A stretch of DNA of 64,000 bases from a virus. Made by a program: the position numbers and the translations under genes. Below are positions 50,270 through 59,929 of the stretch, in pieces. The notes under the pieces are model-generated. The model saw only the letters and a list, made by a program, of their open reading frames with translations, made no database searches and was not told the origin of the DNA. Where the stretch lies: the IMG/VR virus record IMGVR_UViG_3300027708_000021; one strand, 5' to 3'. How positions within the stretch are numbered: position 1 is the stretch's first letter; each line of letters starts with the position of its first letter.

Positions 50270-51619
50270 TTATCCTGGGGGTCTTGTTTTGCGCGGTAAA
50301 TTGCCGCCTTGGTTACCATTGTCGGCTTCTGGTTTAAGTAATTCAGACAATGATTGACGGCTTGGTATATTACCTTGATCTGATGTGGATACAGTATATG
50401 GATTATTAACAAAGGAACTACGCTGAGTTTTATTCTCGAGTCCCCAGTCGATAGGTGTACGAACATCATCGGATATAGCGGTCCACATTACACCACTGTA
50501 ACGGAATAAACGATTTGGAAAATAATCTAAACGCAAGCAATAATCTCCTGTATTTGGTCTTGGCGGAAAACTAACACCTGGGGTCACTGGTAATCCATTT
50601 GGCGCCATCTTATCGCCAGTTAAGTAGCCCATGGTATAGCCAAATGACTTGGGAGTTTCGCCCTCGCCTTGTTGTGTGTTGTCTACTGTAGGACCTGCTG
50701 TATCGGTAAATAATCCTTCGCTACTAGGCTGACCTTCTGGCGTAGTTGGTAAGATATAAAAACTAACATTATCATAACCTGACAATGGGACATCTGCGTT
50801 AGCTTGTACTACTAGCGCATCATTGATTGCTAAATCTTTGTTACGGGTACTATTAGCATCGCCTAATGTAGTTGGTTTTACAATTAACGCCCAATAGTTT
50901 GGATCAGTGATATCTGTACCAGGCGGAACATTAGCTTTAGCTTCGTAGTATTGATCGCCTGACTTAACTACATCGCCGCGAGGATAAAAATTACCATTGT
51001 CCCAGATGTTATCAGGCATGAATGGTTGATCCATGATCTGTTTATATTCTTGAGCATTAACCATTGGGGTGGCTTTGACTCGCCAAGTATGTGGAAGCCA
51101 AGTTTGACTGAACCCTTCTGTGGCGTAGCTAGCATCTTGAATTACATAATATTTAGGTAATGCTCTGGTAATATTACTATTCAATGGATAATAATCTTTG
51201 AGATTGGGTAATTCAAGAACATCGCCAGCCATCAATTTACGGCCATAAGTATCGATCATATCATTATAATGAAATGTAATGTATAATGTATCATTGTTTA
51301 AAAATAAGCCAAATTGTGTTAAATTAAAATCAATATCGTTCTGGGTGTAAACGCCACGCATGATATAAATGTTAGGATCATAAGCACGATCACGATTTTC
51401 TAATAACAATAAATCTTCAATAAACAAAGGATTTTCCGAAGTATAAACCGGTAAGGTAGCATCTTTGTTTCCTGGATTATCGGTAGTATCTACGATAGGC
51501 CCCATGTATTTGTGTACAAAGACATCCAGTCCGCCCACAGTATAGCGTTCGGAAATTGTGCGATCCAAAAATTGGTAATCTGCGGTTCTATTAGGTCTGT
51601 AAAGTGACAATCTAGGCAT
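50270..51619 (-). CDS. gp14: Neck / head-closure protein (T4 gp14-like) with carbohydrate-binding insert
   Basis: LTQFGLFL.ND, GRKLMAGDVLELP, EGFS.TW.PH.WR; adjacent to gp15; late promoter at 51626-51631. Confidence 0.65.
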   Translation of the reverse strand: MPRLSLYRPNRTADYQFLDRTISERYTVGGLDVFVHKYMGPIVDTTDNPGNKDATLPVYTSENPLFIEDLLLLENRDRAYDPNIYIMRGVYTQNDIDFNLTQFGLFLNNDTLYITFHYNDMIDTYGRKLMAGDVLELPNLKDYYPLNSNITRALPKYYVIQDASYATEGFSQTWLPHTWRVKATPMVNAQEYKQIMDQPFMPDNIWDNGNFYPRGDVVKSGDQYYEAKANVPPGTDITDPNYWALIVKPTTLGDANSTRNKDLAINDALVVQANADVPLSGYDNVSFYILPTTPEGQPSSEGLFTDTAGPTVDNTQQGEGETPKSFGYTMGYLTGDKMAPNGLPVTPGVSFPPRPNTGDYCLRLDYFPNRLFRYSGVMWTAISDDVRTPIDWGLENKTQRSSFVNNPYTVSTSDQGNIPSRQSLSELLKPEADNGNQGGNLPRKTRPPG

Positions 51620-51643
51620 AATAAGTATTTAGTTCGCCAAAGG

Positions 51644-51672
51644 TTGACTAGTAATTCCCAATACTATATAAT
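51644..51672 (+). promoter_or_regulatory. Sigma70 (early) promoter
   Basis: TTGACT-17 nt-TATAAT, 7 nt before ATG 51680. Confidence 0.75.
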
Positions 51673-51679
51673 TACTGTT

Positions 51680-51931
51680 ATGGATGACATTTTAGACAGG
51701 GTAAATCACGCAGAAAAACAAATATCTGCTGTAAAAAACAAGGTAGCATATCGTGATTTACGCAAAATGTTGACTAATGTAGATCGAGCAATTACAGCCC
51801 TTAGTCAAGAATCTGTAGAATGCCGTAGACTCAAACGAGACACATCAAAATTTATTGAATTGAAAAAACAAGTAAACGGATTATTAGATAATTTGGAACA
51901 ACACATTACCTTTGCAGCCTTGATAGGTTGA
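51680..51931 (+). CDS. Hypothetical helical early protein
   Basis: The ORF-track TTG start at 51644 is the -35 box; ATG 51680 fits better. Confidence 0.6.
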   Translation: MDDILDRVNHAEKQISAVKNKVAYRDLRKMLTNVDRAITALSQESVECRRLKRDTSKFIELKKQVNGLLDNLEQHITFAALIG

Positions 51932-51956
51932 CATTTACTTAGACAGACATTACACT
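51928..51956 (+). promoter_or_regulatory. Sigma70 (early) promoter
   Basis: TTGACA-17 nt-TACACT, 9 nt before ATG 51966, no SD. Confidence 0.65.
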
Positions 51957-51965
51957 ATTAAAACT

Positions 51966-53111
51966 ATGGCAAAAAACGAAATTACTATCAAGCGACTAAA
52001 CCCCAAGGGTGCCGAAACCAAATATGTTGGCTTTGAACCAGAGTGGCGTATTCAACCAGACGAAACTAATCGTATTAGTTCGTTTGCTAATGCGTTCCAA
52101 TGGTATAACTATCACTATGGTAAAAAAGATGCCAAAGATATGATTGCTATGTATTTGGAAATTAATAATCGTAAAGCTGATGCTCGTCTAATTCGCGGAA
52201 TTCCAGACAGTCAAATACGTGTAACACCAGCATGGGTATGTCGTATGAGTGTGTTAGGATTAATGCTCAACGAACACGAACAATGTATTTTAGATGAGCA
52301 AATTTCATTAATGCTTAAATCTAAACAGGAAATCAAAAAAGCCGCGGCCACTGACGAAGAAACAGCCCAAGTAAAACTAACTATTCAAGATCATCTTCGA
52401 GAAAAAGCAAGCGAGTGTGCTGGTGAGCTCGAAGGAATGTTTGATGATTTTATTGTAGCCGGCGCAAAAATGTCAGCTGACTTTAAACCTATCGCATTAA
52501 TTCGCGGTATGAATATTAGCCCGCAGATGATTCCTAACATTACTCGAGTATGGGATTTGCGACTACAAGAATTTAACGAAGTGTTAGAAGGTGCCGACGA
52601 ACAATTAGTAGAAGGCTACAGTCATTTGTCTAAAGCACAACTAAAACAATGCGTAAAATTTTGTGAAGCTGTATTAGCAGATTGTTCGTCCTATATTAGT
52701 ATTAAGAAAGTAGAACGTAAGCCCCGTGCTAAGAAAGCAGTAAGTCCAGAAAGACAGTCAAGCAAATTTAAGTATCTTAAAGAATTTTCAGAGTTTAATC
52801 TTAAGTCTGAAAACCCAGCAAAACTTGTGGGCGCAAGCGAAGCTTGGTTGTATGATACGGCAAAGCGCAAATTAATCCATGTCATGGCCGACGCACACTT
52901 GGGCACATTTACTGTCAAGGGTTCTGCTATTATTGCTTTTGATGCTATGACAACTGTACAGAAAACATTACGCAAACCAGCTGAACAACTTAAAGCAGTT
53001 ATGTCGGGCGGAAAGCCAGCGATGCGTAAATCGTTTGGGGATATTAAAGCTACGGAAACTAAGTTTACAGGGCGTGGTAACGAGAATATAATCATTCTAA
53101 AAGCCTGGTAA
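51966..53111 (+). CDS. Hypothetical early protein of T4-like phages
   Basis: 381-aa ORF, basic C-terminal domain (KTLRKP, GRGNEN.IILK); function not recognised. Confidence 0.6.
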   Translation: MAKNEITIKRLNPKGAETKYVGFEPEWRIQPDETNRISSFANAFQWYNYHYGKKDAKDMIAMYLEINNRKADARLIRGIPDSQIRVTPAWVCRMSVLGLMLNEHEQCILDEQISLMLKSKQEIKKAAATDEETAQVKLTIQDHLREKASECAGELEGMFDDFIVAGAKMSADFKPIALIRGMNISPQMIPNITRVWDLRLQEFNEVLEGADEQLVEGYSHLSKAQLKQCVKFCEAVLADCSSYISIKKVERKPRAKKAVSPERQSSKFKYLKEFSEFNLKSENPAKLVGASEAWLYDTAKRKLIHVMADAHLGTFTVKGSAIIAFDAMTTVQKTLRKPAEQLKAVMSGGKPAMRKSFGDIKATETKFTGRGNENIIILKAW

Positions 53112-53117
53112 TCTTGC

Positions 53118-53144
53118 TAAATATATGGACACGGAGTCCATATG
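53118..53144 (+). promoter_or_regulatory. Late promoter overlapping a start-codon-sequestering hairpin
   Basis: TAAATA at 53118-53123; ATATGGAC-acgga-GTCCATAT (53123-53143) covers the GGAG SD and the AT of ATG. Confidence 0.75.
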
Positions 53145-53912
53145 GCATTGCAATCTGAATCTACATTAGAAACCCTTAAACAACAACTAATTGAATATGT
53201 TCGGCTTCAATTAGCCGACGAAATCATTGATATTGAGCTAGACGCTAGTCATTTTGAAGCGGCTTACCGCGGTACAATAGGCACTTATCGTCAGCGGGCA
53301 CAAAACGCTTATGAAGAAAGTTATACCTTCATGGAGCTCGTAACTAATGTAAACATCTATGATTTGCCGGAAGAAGTTATTCAAGTTCGTCAGATTTTCC
53401 GCAGAACATTTGGCGATTCAACCGGCCCATATGCCTCCAACTTTGACCCATTTAGTCAAGCAACGCTAAATGTTTATTTGATGAATTTTAATGTAGCGGG
53501 TGGCCTTGCTACCTATGATTTCTACTCACAATATGTCGAACTTGCTGGCCGTATGTTTGGTGCTTACATGAACTACACTTGGAATCCAGTCACCAAAAAA
53601 TTACAATTAATCCGTGATCCAAAAGGTGTAGGCGAGAATGTTTTACTATGGACTTACAACTTAAAACCAGAAGTAAATTTACTTTCTGATTTCCAAATTC
53701 GTCAGTGGATCCGTGATTATATGTACGGAAATTGTAAATTAATTATCGGCGAAGCTCGTGAAAAGTTTGGTACTATATCCGGACCGCAAGGCGGCACAAC
53801 CCTGAATGGAGCCGCCATGAAAGCCGAAGGTATGGCAATTATGGCAAAATGTATCGAAGATTTGAAAAATTATGTAGATGGCTCACAGCCACTTACTTGG
53901 GTAATTGGCTAA
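53142..53912 (+). CDS. gp13: Neck protein / head-tail adaptor (T4 gp13-like)
   Basis: LADEIIDIELD, WIRDY...K..IGEAREKF..I.GPQGGTTLNG..MKAEG. Confidence 0.8.
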   Translation: MALQSESTLETLKQQLIEYVRLQLADEIIDIELDASHFEAAYRGTIGTYRQRAQNAYEESYTFMELVTNVNIYDLPEEVIQVRQIFRRTFGDSTGPYASNFDPFSQATLNVYLMNFNVAGGLATYDFYSQYVELAGRMFGAYMNYTWNPVTKKLQLIRDPKGVGENVLLWTYNLKPEVNLLSDFQIRQWIRDYMYGNCKLIIGEAREKFGTISGPQGGTTLNGAAMKAEGMAIMAKCIEDLKNYVDGSQPLTWVIG

Positions 53913-53919
53913 AAAATAC

Positions 53920-53948
53920 TTGTAATCTAGGTTAATCTATGCTATACT
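53920..53948 (+). promoter_or_regulatory. Sigma70 promoter with extended -10
   Basis: TTGTAA-17 nt-TATACT preceded by TGn, 6 nt before ATG 53955. Confidence 0.65.
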
Positions 53949-53954
53949 TACAGC

Positions 53955-54479
53955 ATGGCACAACACATAATGATCGACATAGAAGGTTTGGCAACCACGC
54001 CAGATGCTACTATTTTAACAATCGCAGCACAATCTTTTGATCCATTTGGTCTAGGCTACGGATTAAATCATTTTTATGCTCGAGTCACTTTAGAAAGTCA
54101 AGAAGGTCGTGCTATCACCGATGATACTATTGCTTGGTGGGCCACCCAACCCGAAGCAAGCGCAGAAGCATTTAACGAAGAAGGCAGGATTTCTCTAAGT
54201 GATGCCTTAGATGGCCTGCACAAACTAACATGGCATGCCGACTTTGTATGGGCTAACGGTCCAACTTACGACATGAATATCCTGGAACACGCTTACAAAT
54301 CTTTAGGTAGAGTTCAGCCTTGGCAGTTTTATAAAGTGCGCGATGCTAGAACTATATATTCCTTATGGCCCAACTGCCCTCGTCCGCCTACTTCACATCA
54401 TGCTCTAGAGGATTGTAAGCGTCAGATTGATATGCTACAAGCAACATTTAGACACTTGAACATCAAAGAAATTAAGTAA
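53955..54479 (+). CDS. DEDD 3'-5' exonuclease (DexA/Rv2179c-like)
   Basis: HIMIDIEGL, VWANGPTYD, RDART, HHALEDC. Confidence 0.85.
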   Translation: MAQHIMIDIEGLATTPDATILTIAAQSFDPFGLGYGLNHFYARVTLESQEGRAITDDTIAWWATQPEASAEAFNEEGRISLSDALDGLHKLTWHADFVWANGPTYDMNILEHAYKSLGRVQPWQFYKVRDARTIYSLWPNCPRPPTSHHALEDCKRQIDMLQATFRHLNIKEIK

Positions 54480-54498
54480 TTTAGAAAAAGGATAGATT

Positions 54499-55164
54499 AT
54501 GATTATTGGAATTTGTGGATTGATCGGGTCAGGCAAAGATACTATTGCTGACTACTTACAGAATATACACCAATTCCGACGAGAATCATTTGCCCATACA
54601 CTTAAAGATGCTGTGTCATCAGTATTCGGTTGGGATCGAGAATTATTAGAAGGTCGTACTCGCGAAAGTAGAGAATGGCGCGAACAAGTAGACCCGTGGT
54701 GGGCAGAACGCTTGGGTATGCCTAACCTTACACCACGCTATGTATTACAGTTTTGGGGCACAGAAGTAGCTAGAAAGAGTTTCCACGACGACATCTGGAT
54801 TGCTAGCTTAGAAAATAAATTACGCAAGACACACGACGATGTTGTAATTTCAGATTGTCGGTTTCCTAATGAAATTCAAGCAATTAAACGTGCCGGCGGC
54901 ATTGTTATCCGTGTTGTCCGTGGCCCCGAACCTGTGTGGTTTGAGCTGGCTCGAATTGTAAATGCTGGCCCGTCGAACATTAGTTGGAGTCGTGCCAAGA
55001 CTGAGCTTGAAAAATACAAAATTCATGCTAGTGAAACTGCTTGGATTGGTACTGAGTTTGATTATGTAGTCGATAACAACGCAGACGGGCTAGACAATTT
55101 ATATGGCCAAATTAAGCATCTGGTTCTAAATCTCCGGCCTTCCACGGAAGATCTGCTTTCTTAA
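54499..55164 (+). CDS. Deoxynucleoside monophosphate kinase (T4 gp1-like)
   Basis: IIGICGLIGSGKDT, SFA..LKD, PR.VLQ.WGTEV.R, ISDCRFPNE, HASE. Confidence 0.9.
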   Translation: MIIGICGLIGSGKDTIADYLQNIHQFRRESFAHTLKDAVSSVFGWDRELLEGRTRESREWREQVDPWWAERLGMPNLTPRYVLQFWGTEVARKSFHDDIWIASLENKLRKTHDDVVISDCRFPNEIQAIKRAGGIVIRVVRGPEPVWFELARIVNAGPSNISWSRAKTELEKYKIHASETAWIGTEFDYVVDNNADGLDNLYGQIKHLVLNLRPSTEDLLS

Positions 55165-55456
55165 CATCTATTACACAGTTTTGACATATAGTTTTTAAAT
55201 TCCTTACGCCGTTGTTATTTAAATTGCCATCTATATGAAATACTAGTAGTTGAGCAGCCCATCTAGATCTAAACCCGCAGCGATCGCAAACAGTCTTCTT
55301 TTTATAACCCTTGGATTCCCATAGCGGAGTCTGCGGTTTTTCTTTTCGTTTCTTACGAATACACGACGAACACCTACTACGATAATAAATTTTATCATTT
55401 CTATGATAGGCTACAGCTCTTGGACGCTGGTTACAGGCTGGACAAATAGGGCGCAT
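55112..55456 (-). CDS. Zn-binding HNH-like protein
   Basis: CxxC pairs; CDRCGF..QLLVFHIDGNLNNN..NLKTICQNC; TAAATA 5 nt before ATG. Confidence 0.7.
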   Translation of the reverse strand: MRPICPACNQRPRAVAYHRNDKIYYRSRCSSCIRKKRKEKPQTPLWESKGYKKKTVCDRCGFRSRWAAQLLVFHIDGNLNNNGVRNLKTICQNCVIDVKKADLPWKAGDLEPDA

Positions 55457-55556
55457 ACGGGTATTTAGCTGGGCAAACCTACTATATAGGCCGCGATTAT
55501 TGGAGTCTTTTTGATTAAAATGCTAAATATTAATAATTAATAAAAAGGATTTTGCA

Positions 55557-58500
55557 ATGGCAAACACATTAGTATCCCCAGGCGTACAAGTTACAGTAGT
55601 TGACGAAAGTCAATACTTACCGGCTGCTACTAACTCAGTCCCGCTAGTAGTTATCGCTACAGCGTCAAATAAATTATCTGGTGATGGTCAAGGAATTGCT
55701 CCTGGCACATTAACTGCAAATGCTGATCAGCTTTACCTTGCGACTAGCCAAAGAGCCCTTAGTGCTCATTACGGTGTTCCGTTCTTTTATACAACTACAA
55801 ACGGCACTCCTATCAATGGCTATGAGCTCAACGAATACGGCTTATTAGCCGCTTATTCCGCGTTAGGTGTTACTAATCAGTGCTATGTAATTCGTGCTAA
55901 TATTGATTTAGCTGCGCTTACCGCATCGTTGACACGCCCAATTGGCAATCCTAATAATGGTACATATTGGTTAGATACTACAACCAGCCAATGGGGATTG
56001 TTCCAGTGGAGCCAAACAAAGCGTACATTTACTAACGTGATCCCTTCAGTAATTACTAATTCTGAATATTTAAATTCAAGTTCTTCAGTTCCATTAGAAA
56101 GTTACGGCAGTATTGGACAGTATGCTGTTACAGCAACATATACATCAAACCCAATTTATTTTAAGCGTGGAGGTCCTACATCAGATCAGACTCCCGATAC
56201 AGAAATCAGTAATCTTTATAATACTTGGGTTCAGATTGGTAGTAATGAGTGGCAAACTTCTTGGGCAACGGTTCAAGGAAATACAACTCCAAGTAGTTTA
56301 TCCGCCGGTTCATTTACAATTAATGGTCAAACTATTCCAGTAGGCAATGGTAATAGTGTAACCAATGTAGTTTCCAGTATTACATCAGTAGGTCTTGCCG
56401 GCGTATACGCAGCTAATATTGGCGGATCGTTAACTTTATATTGTGATAGTACTGCTACAGCAGCTCCTATATCTATCACAGGTATCACCAGTAATGCCAA
56501 TGTTGTAACTGCAACATACGCCACACAAGGAAATGTACCATTTACTGTTGGTAGTACTATCGCTATCGGTGGTGTAAATCCTTCTATCTATAACGGAGAA
56601 TATGTTGTTTCGAATTGCACACTTACTACAGTAAGTTTTTCTAGTACTATTGCCAATGCTTATGTTAGCGGCGGAACTGTTGGTTCTGAAACTGGAACTA
56701 TCGTACTTGGCCCAAGTGGATCAAATGCCGACCCAACTCTTACTGCGTTAGGTTTATCAGCAGGAACTTACTATGCTCCATACTATCAAAATAGTCCAGG
56801 GTATACTGTACCATCTTGGAGCACCGGTGGGGCAAATGCCACTGGAGTTACCGGTTCTATCTGGCAGAAATCTACTAGTGCAAATCATGGCACATCATTA
56901 GTAATGAAAGAATATAACTCAACATTAGGTGTATATGTAATCAAATCAGTACCAGTTTATTCTACTGATAACAATGCACTTTATGGGCTAGATCCATCAA
57001 ACGGTGGTCAAACTATTCCAGCGGGCTCGTTATTTGCCAAGAGTTATCCATATAACCAAGGCACGGCAGGATATACAATTCTTGAGCGTTATACAACTGG
57101 CGAAACCATTGTAACTGGTAGTAATACAACTCCATCATTTACAACAGGTAATCAGTTCACTATTGGAGCAAGCCAGCCTGGAACAGCATCTAATACCCAA
57201 GCAACTGTTACACTAGGTGGAAACACAGCCGTTGACTTTGTATCGGCTGTTAGTTCTGCTGATATTCCTTATGTAAGTGCTAGTATTGCTAGCACAGGCG
57301 CTATTGTAATGACACATAGTGCTGGCGGCGACATTGAACTTACTAATGTAACTGGCACTCCTGTAACAGATGCTGGATTTATTCCAGGAACAACTTTCTT
57401 AGTTCGTCAGCGTTATATCGATGGTGTTCCTATCGGTAGTTTATTGAGTAACTGGGTAGGTAGTCCAACATTTACATATACAGCATCAGATGTTGCTCCA
57501 GATCAAAACCCAACCGATGGCACATATTGGTATTATAGTGATCCTACCCAAGTGGATATTATGATCCAAGATAACGGTGTATGGCAAGGTTATCAAAATG
57601 TAACTTCAGATAGTCGTGGTTACGATTTAACACAGACAAATGCTACTGGTCCTATTATCAGCGCCACAGCTCCAACTACACAAACTGATCAAGCAGAAAG
57701 TCCGTTGGTTTATGGAGATTTATGGCTTAACACAAGTGATTTAGAAAATTATCCGTTGTTATATCGTTGGCAGAGTGTCGACGGAGTCGACCAGTGGGTA
57801 CAAATTGTCAATACAGATCAAACACAATCTAGCGGTATTCTGTTTGCTGACGCTCGTTGGGCTCCAAATGGCACAACAGATCCAGTGTCTGCGGCATTAC
57901 CAACGATTGAAAGTCTATTAACAAGTAACTACTTAGATCCAGATGCGCCAAACGCATTACTATATCCAACAGGTATACTGTTATGGAATACTCGCCGTTC
58001 TGGATTTAATGTTAAAACATATCAATCAAATTATTTTAACAATCAAAGTTATCCAACATATGAGTGGGACGACGCTACATCATACACCATTGGCGAATAT
58101 GTACAATATAATAATTCAGTGTATGCGTGTATTAATAATAATACCAATCAACAGCCCGACACAGCAACAACTTATTGGGCACCACAAGATGTAACTAGTA
58201 CATGGTTAAGTGCTACAGGTAGTCGTCCAGATGGTGCTCCTTATATGGGTCGTCAATCTCAGCGTATACTAATTGTCGAGGCAATGAAAGCTGCTGTTGA
58301 TACTAATACACAGATTCGTGAGGAGCAAAACTCTTATAACTTAATAGCGGCCACTGGTTATCCAGAGTTAGCTCCTAATTTAGAAGCATTAAACAATGAA
58401 ATTAATAACGTAGCATTTGCTATTATTGATACACCATTGCGTTTGACTCCTGAAGATGTAGCTAAGTGGGCCAGCGATAATAATGGATTGGGCTTGCCTA

Positions 58501-59195
58501 CAGGCGATGGCAATTTAGCTGCTGGCGATCCGTATGGAGCAACATTCTATCCAAGTTGTCGTACTACTGATCTTAGTGGGAATTTTTGTGTAACTTATCC
58601 AAGCCATATGATGATTCGTACTATCATTCGCAGCGATGAAGTCGCTTATCCTTGGTTAGCTCCAGCAGGAACACGACGCGGTTTAGTTGATAATGCACAA
58701 CAATTAGGCTACTTAAATGGTATCACTGGTGTATTTGAAACATTGAGTGTTGGCCAATCATTGCGTGATGTACTGTACTCAAATCAAATTAATCCAATTA
58801 CCTATATTCCAGGCGTTGGTATTACTAACTTTGGTAATAAGACATTACAAGCAACGGCAACAGCATTGGATCGTATTAACGTGGCTCGTTTAATATGCTT
58901 TATCCGTGCTAGACTTGAAGCAATTGGCAAGCAGTATTTGTTTGAACCAAATGATCAAATTACCCGTACAGGAATCAGCAATTCAATCACAAGTTTAATG
59001 ATTGATTTAGTATCTAAACGCGGTATTTACGATTATTTGGTAGTATGTGATAGTACAAACAATACACCAACAACAATCGATCAAAATCAGTTATGGGTTG
59101 ATATTGCTATTGAGCCAGTGAAAGCTGTGGAATTCATTTATATTCCTCTGCGTATTGAAAATACTGGAGCGATTGCGGCGCAGGCTGCTGCTTAA
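55557..59195 (+). CDS. gp18: Tail sheath protein with large insertions
   Basis: LVSPGVQVTVVDESQY start; PWLAPAGTRRG, LY..QINPI, FGNKT, ALDRINVARL, LFEPND, IEPVKAVEFIYIP. Confidence 0.95.
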   Translation: MANTLVSPGVQVTVVDESQYLPAATNSVPLVVIATASNKLSGDGQGIAPGTLTANADQLYLATSQRALSAHYGVPFFYTTTNGTPINGYELNEYGLLAAYSALGVTNQCYVIRANIDLAALTASLTRPIGNPNNGTYWLDTTTSQWGLFQWSQTKRTFTNVIPSVITNSEYLNSSSSVPLESYGSIGQYAVTATYTSNPIYFKRGGPTSDQTPDTEISNLYNTWVQIGSNEWQTSWATVQGNTTPSSLSAGSFTINGQTIPVGNGNSVTNVVSSITSVGLAGVYAANIGGSLTLYCDSTATAAPISITGITSNANVVTATYATQGNVPFTVGSTIAIGGVNPSIYNGEYVVSNCTLTTVSFSSTIANAYVSGGTVGSETGTIVLGPSGSNADPTLTALGLSAGTYYAPYYQNSPGYTVPSWSTGGANATGVTGSIWQKSTSANHGTSLVMKEYNSTLGVYVIKSVPVYSTDNNALYGLDPSNGGQTIPAGSLFAKSYPYNQGTAGYTILERYTTGETIVTGSNTTPSFTTGNQFTIGASQPGTASNTQATVTLGGNTAVDFVSAVSSADIPYVSASIASTGAIVMTHSAGGDIELTNVTGTPVTDAGFIPGTTFLVRQRYIDGVPIGSLLSNWVGSPTFTYTASDVAPDQNPTDGTYWYYSDPTQVDIMIQDNGVWQGYQNVTSDSRGYDLTQTNATGPIISATAPTTQTDQAESPLVYGDLWLNTSDLENYPLLYRWQSVDGVDQWVQIVNTDQTQSSGILFADARWAPNGTTDPVSAALPTIESLLTSNYLDPDAPNALLYPTGILLWNTRRSGFNVKTYQSNYFNNQSYPTYEWDDATSYTIGEYVQYNNSVYACINNNTNQQPDTATTYWAPQDVTSTWLSATGSRPDGAPYMGRQSQRILIVEAMKAAVDTNTQIREEQNSYNLIAATGYPELAPNLEALNNEINNVAFAIIDTPLRLTPEDVAKWASDNNGLGLPTGDGNLAAGDPYGATFYPSCRTTDLSGNFCVTYPSHMMIRTIIRSDEVAYPWLAPAGTRRGLVDNAQQLGYLNGITGVFETLSVGQSLRDVLYSNQINPITYIPGVGITNFGNKTLQATATALDRINVARLICFIRARLEAIGKQYLFEPNDQITRTGISNSITSLMIDLVSKRGIYDYLVVCDSTNNTPTTIDQNQLWVDIAIEPVKAVEFIYIPLRIENTGAIAAQAAA

Positions 59196-59197
59196 AG

Positions 59198-59226
59198 AAA
59201 GTTGGGTAATTTTTTTACCCAACTTT
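59198..59226 (+). terminator. Hairpin / terminator between sheath and tube genes
   Basis: AAAGTTGGGTAA-ttttt-TTACCCAACTTT, 12-bp stem. Confidence 0.7.
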
Positions 59227-59259
59227 ATTAACTAAATAAAGTATATCGGAGATTAACAA

Positions 59260-59919
59260 ATGGCAACATCCTCATTAACTAACATGACAGTCCCGCTAGG
59301 GGCAGACGGTCAAAGCGCATCAACACAGGGCTTATTAATGCCTAAACTGGCGTATCGCTTCCGTGTTTTCTTTTCAAACTTTGGTGTAAGTACACCTACA
59401 ACAGAGTTGACAAAACAAGTCATGAAGTTTGATCGTCCACACGTACAATTTGAAGAAATCAAATTACCAATTTATAACAGTACTGTTAAACTTGCTGGTA
59501 AGCACTCGTGGACTGATGTTACTTGCGACTTGCGTGATGATGCTCAAGGAAATGTAAGCAAATTAGTAGGAGAGCAGTTACAGAAGCAATTAGATTTTAT
59601 GGAGCAAAGTTCTGCGGCTGCTGGTATTGACTACAAGTTTACAATACAACTACAAATATTAGACGGCGGTAATGCGAATAATGAACCTACTGTGTTAGAA
59701 GAATGGCAAATTCTTGGTGCCTACTTAAAAGATGTTAATTACAATTCTATGGATTATAATACATCCGATCAAGTTAAGATTGGATTAACAATTACCTATG
59801 ATAATGCCATCCAAGTCAATGGAGCAGGTGTTCCAACAGGCGTAGGACAAGCTGTAGCCTACGCAGGCGGCCAATCTTTAGGTCAAGCTACCGGCGCAGC
59901 TTCAGTACCTAACGTTTAA
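59260..59919 (+). CDS. gp19: Tail tube protein
   Basis: Follows sheath; LMPKLAYRFRV, AGKHSW..V..DLRDD, LTITYDNA. Confidence 0.85.
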   Translation: MATSSLTNMTVPLGADGQSASTQGLLMPKLAYRFRVFFSNFGVSTPTTELTKQVMKFDRPHVQFEEIKLPIYNSTVKLAGKHSWTDVTCDLRDDAQGNVSKLVGEQLQKQLDFMEQSSAAAGIDYKFTIQLQILDGGNANNEPTVLEEWQILGAYLKDVNYNSMDYNTSDQVKIGLTITYDNAIQVNGAGVPTGVGQAVAYAGGQSLGQATGAASVPNV

Positions 59920-59929
59920 TTAATTAATC

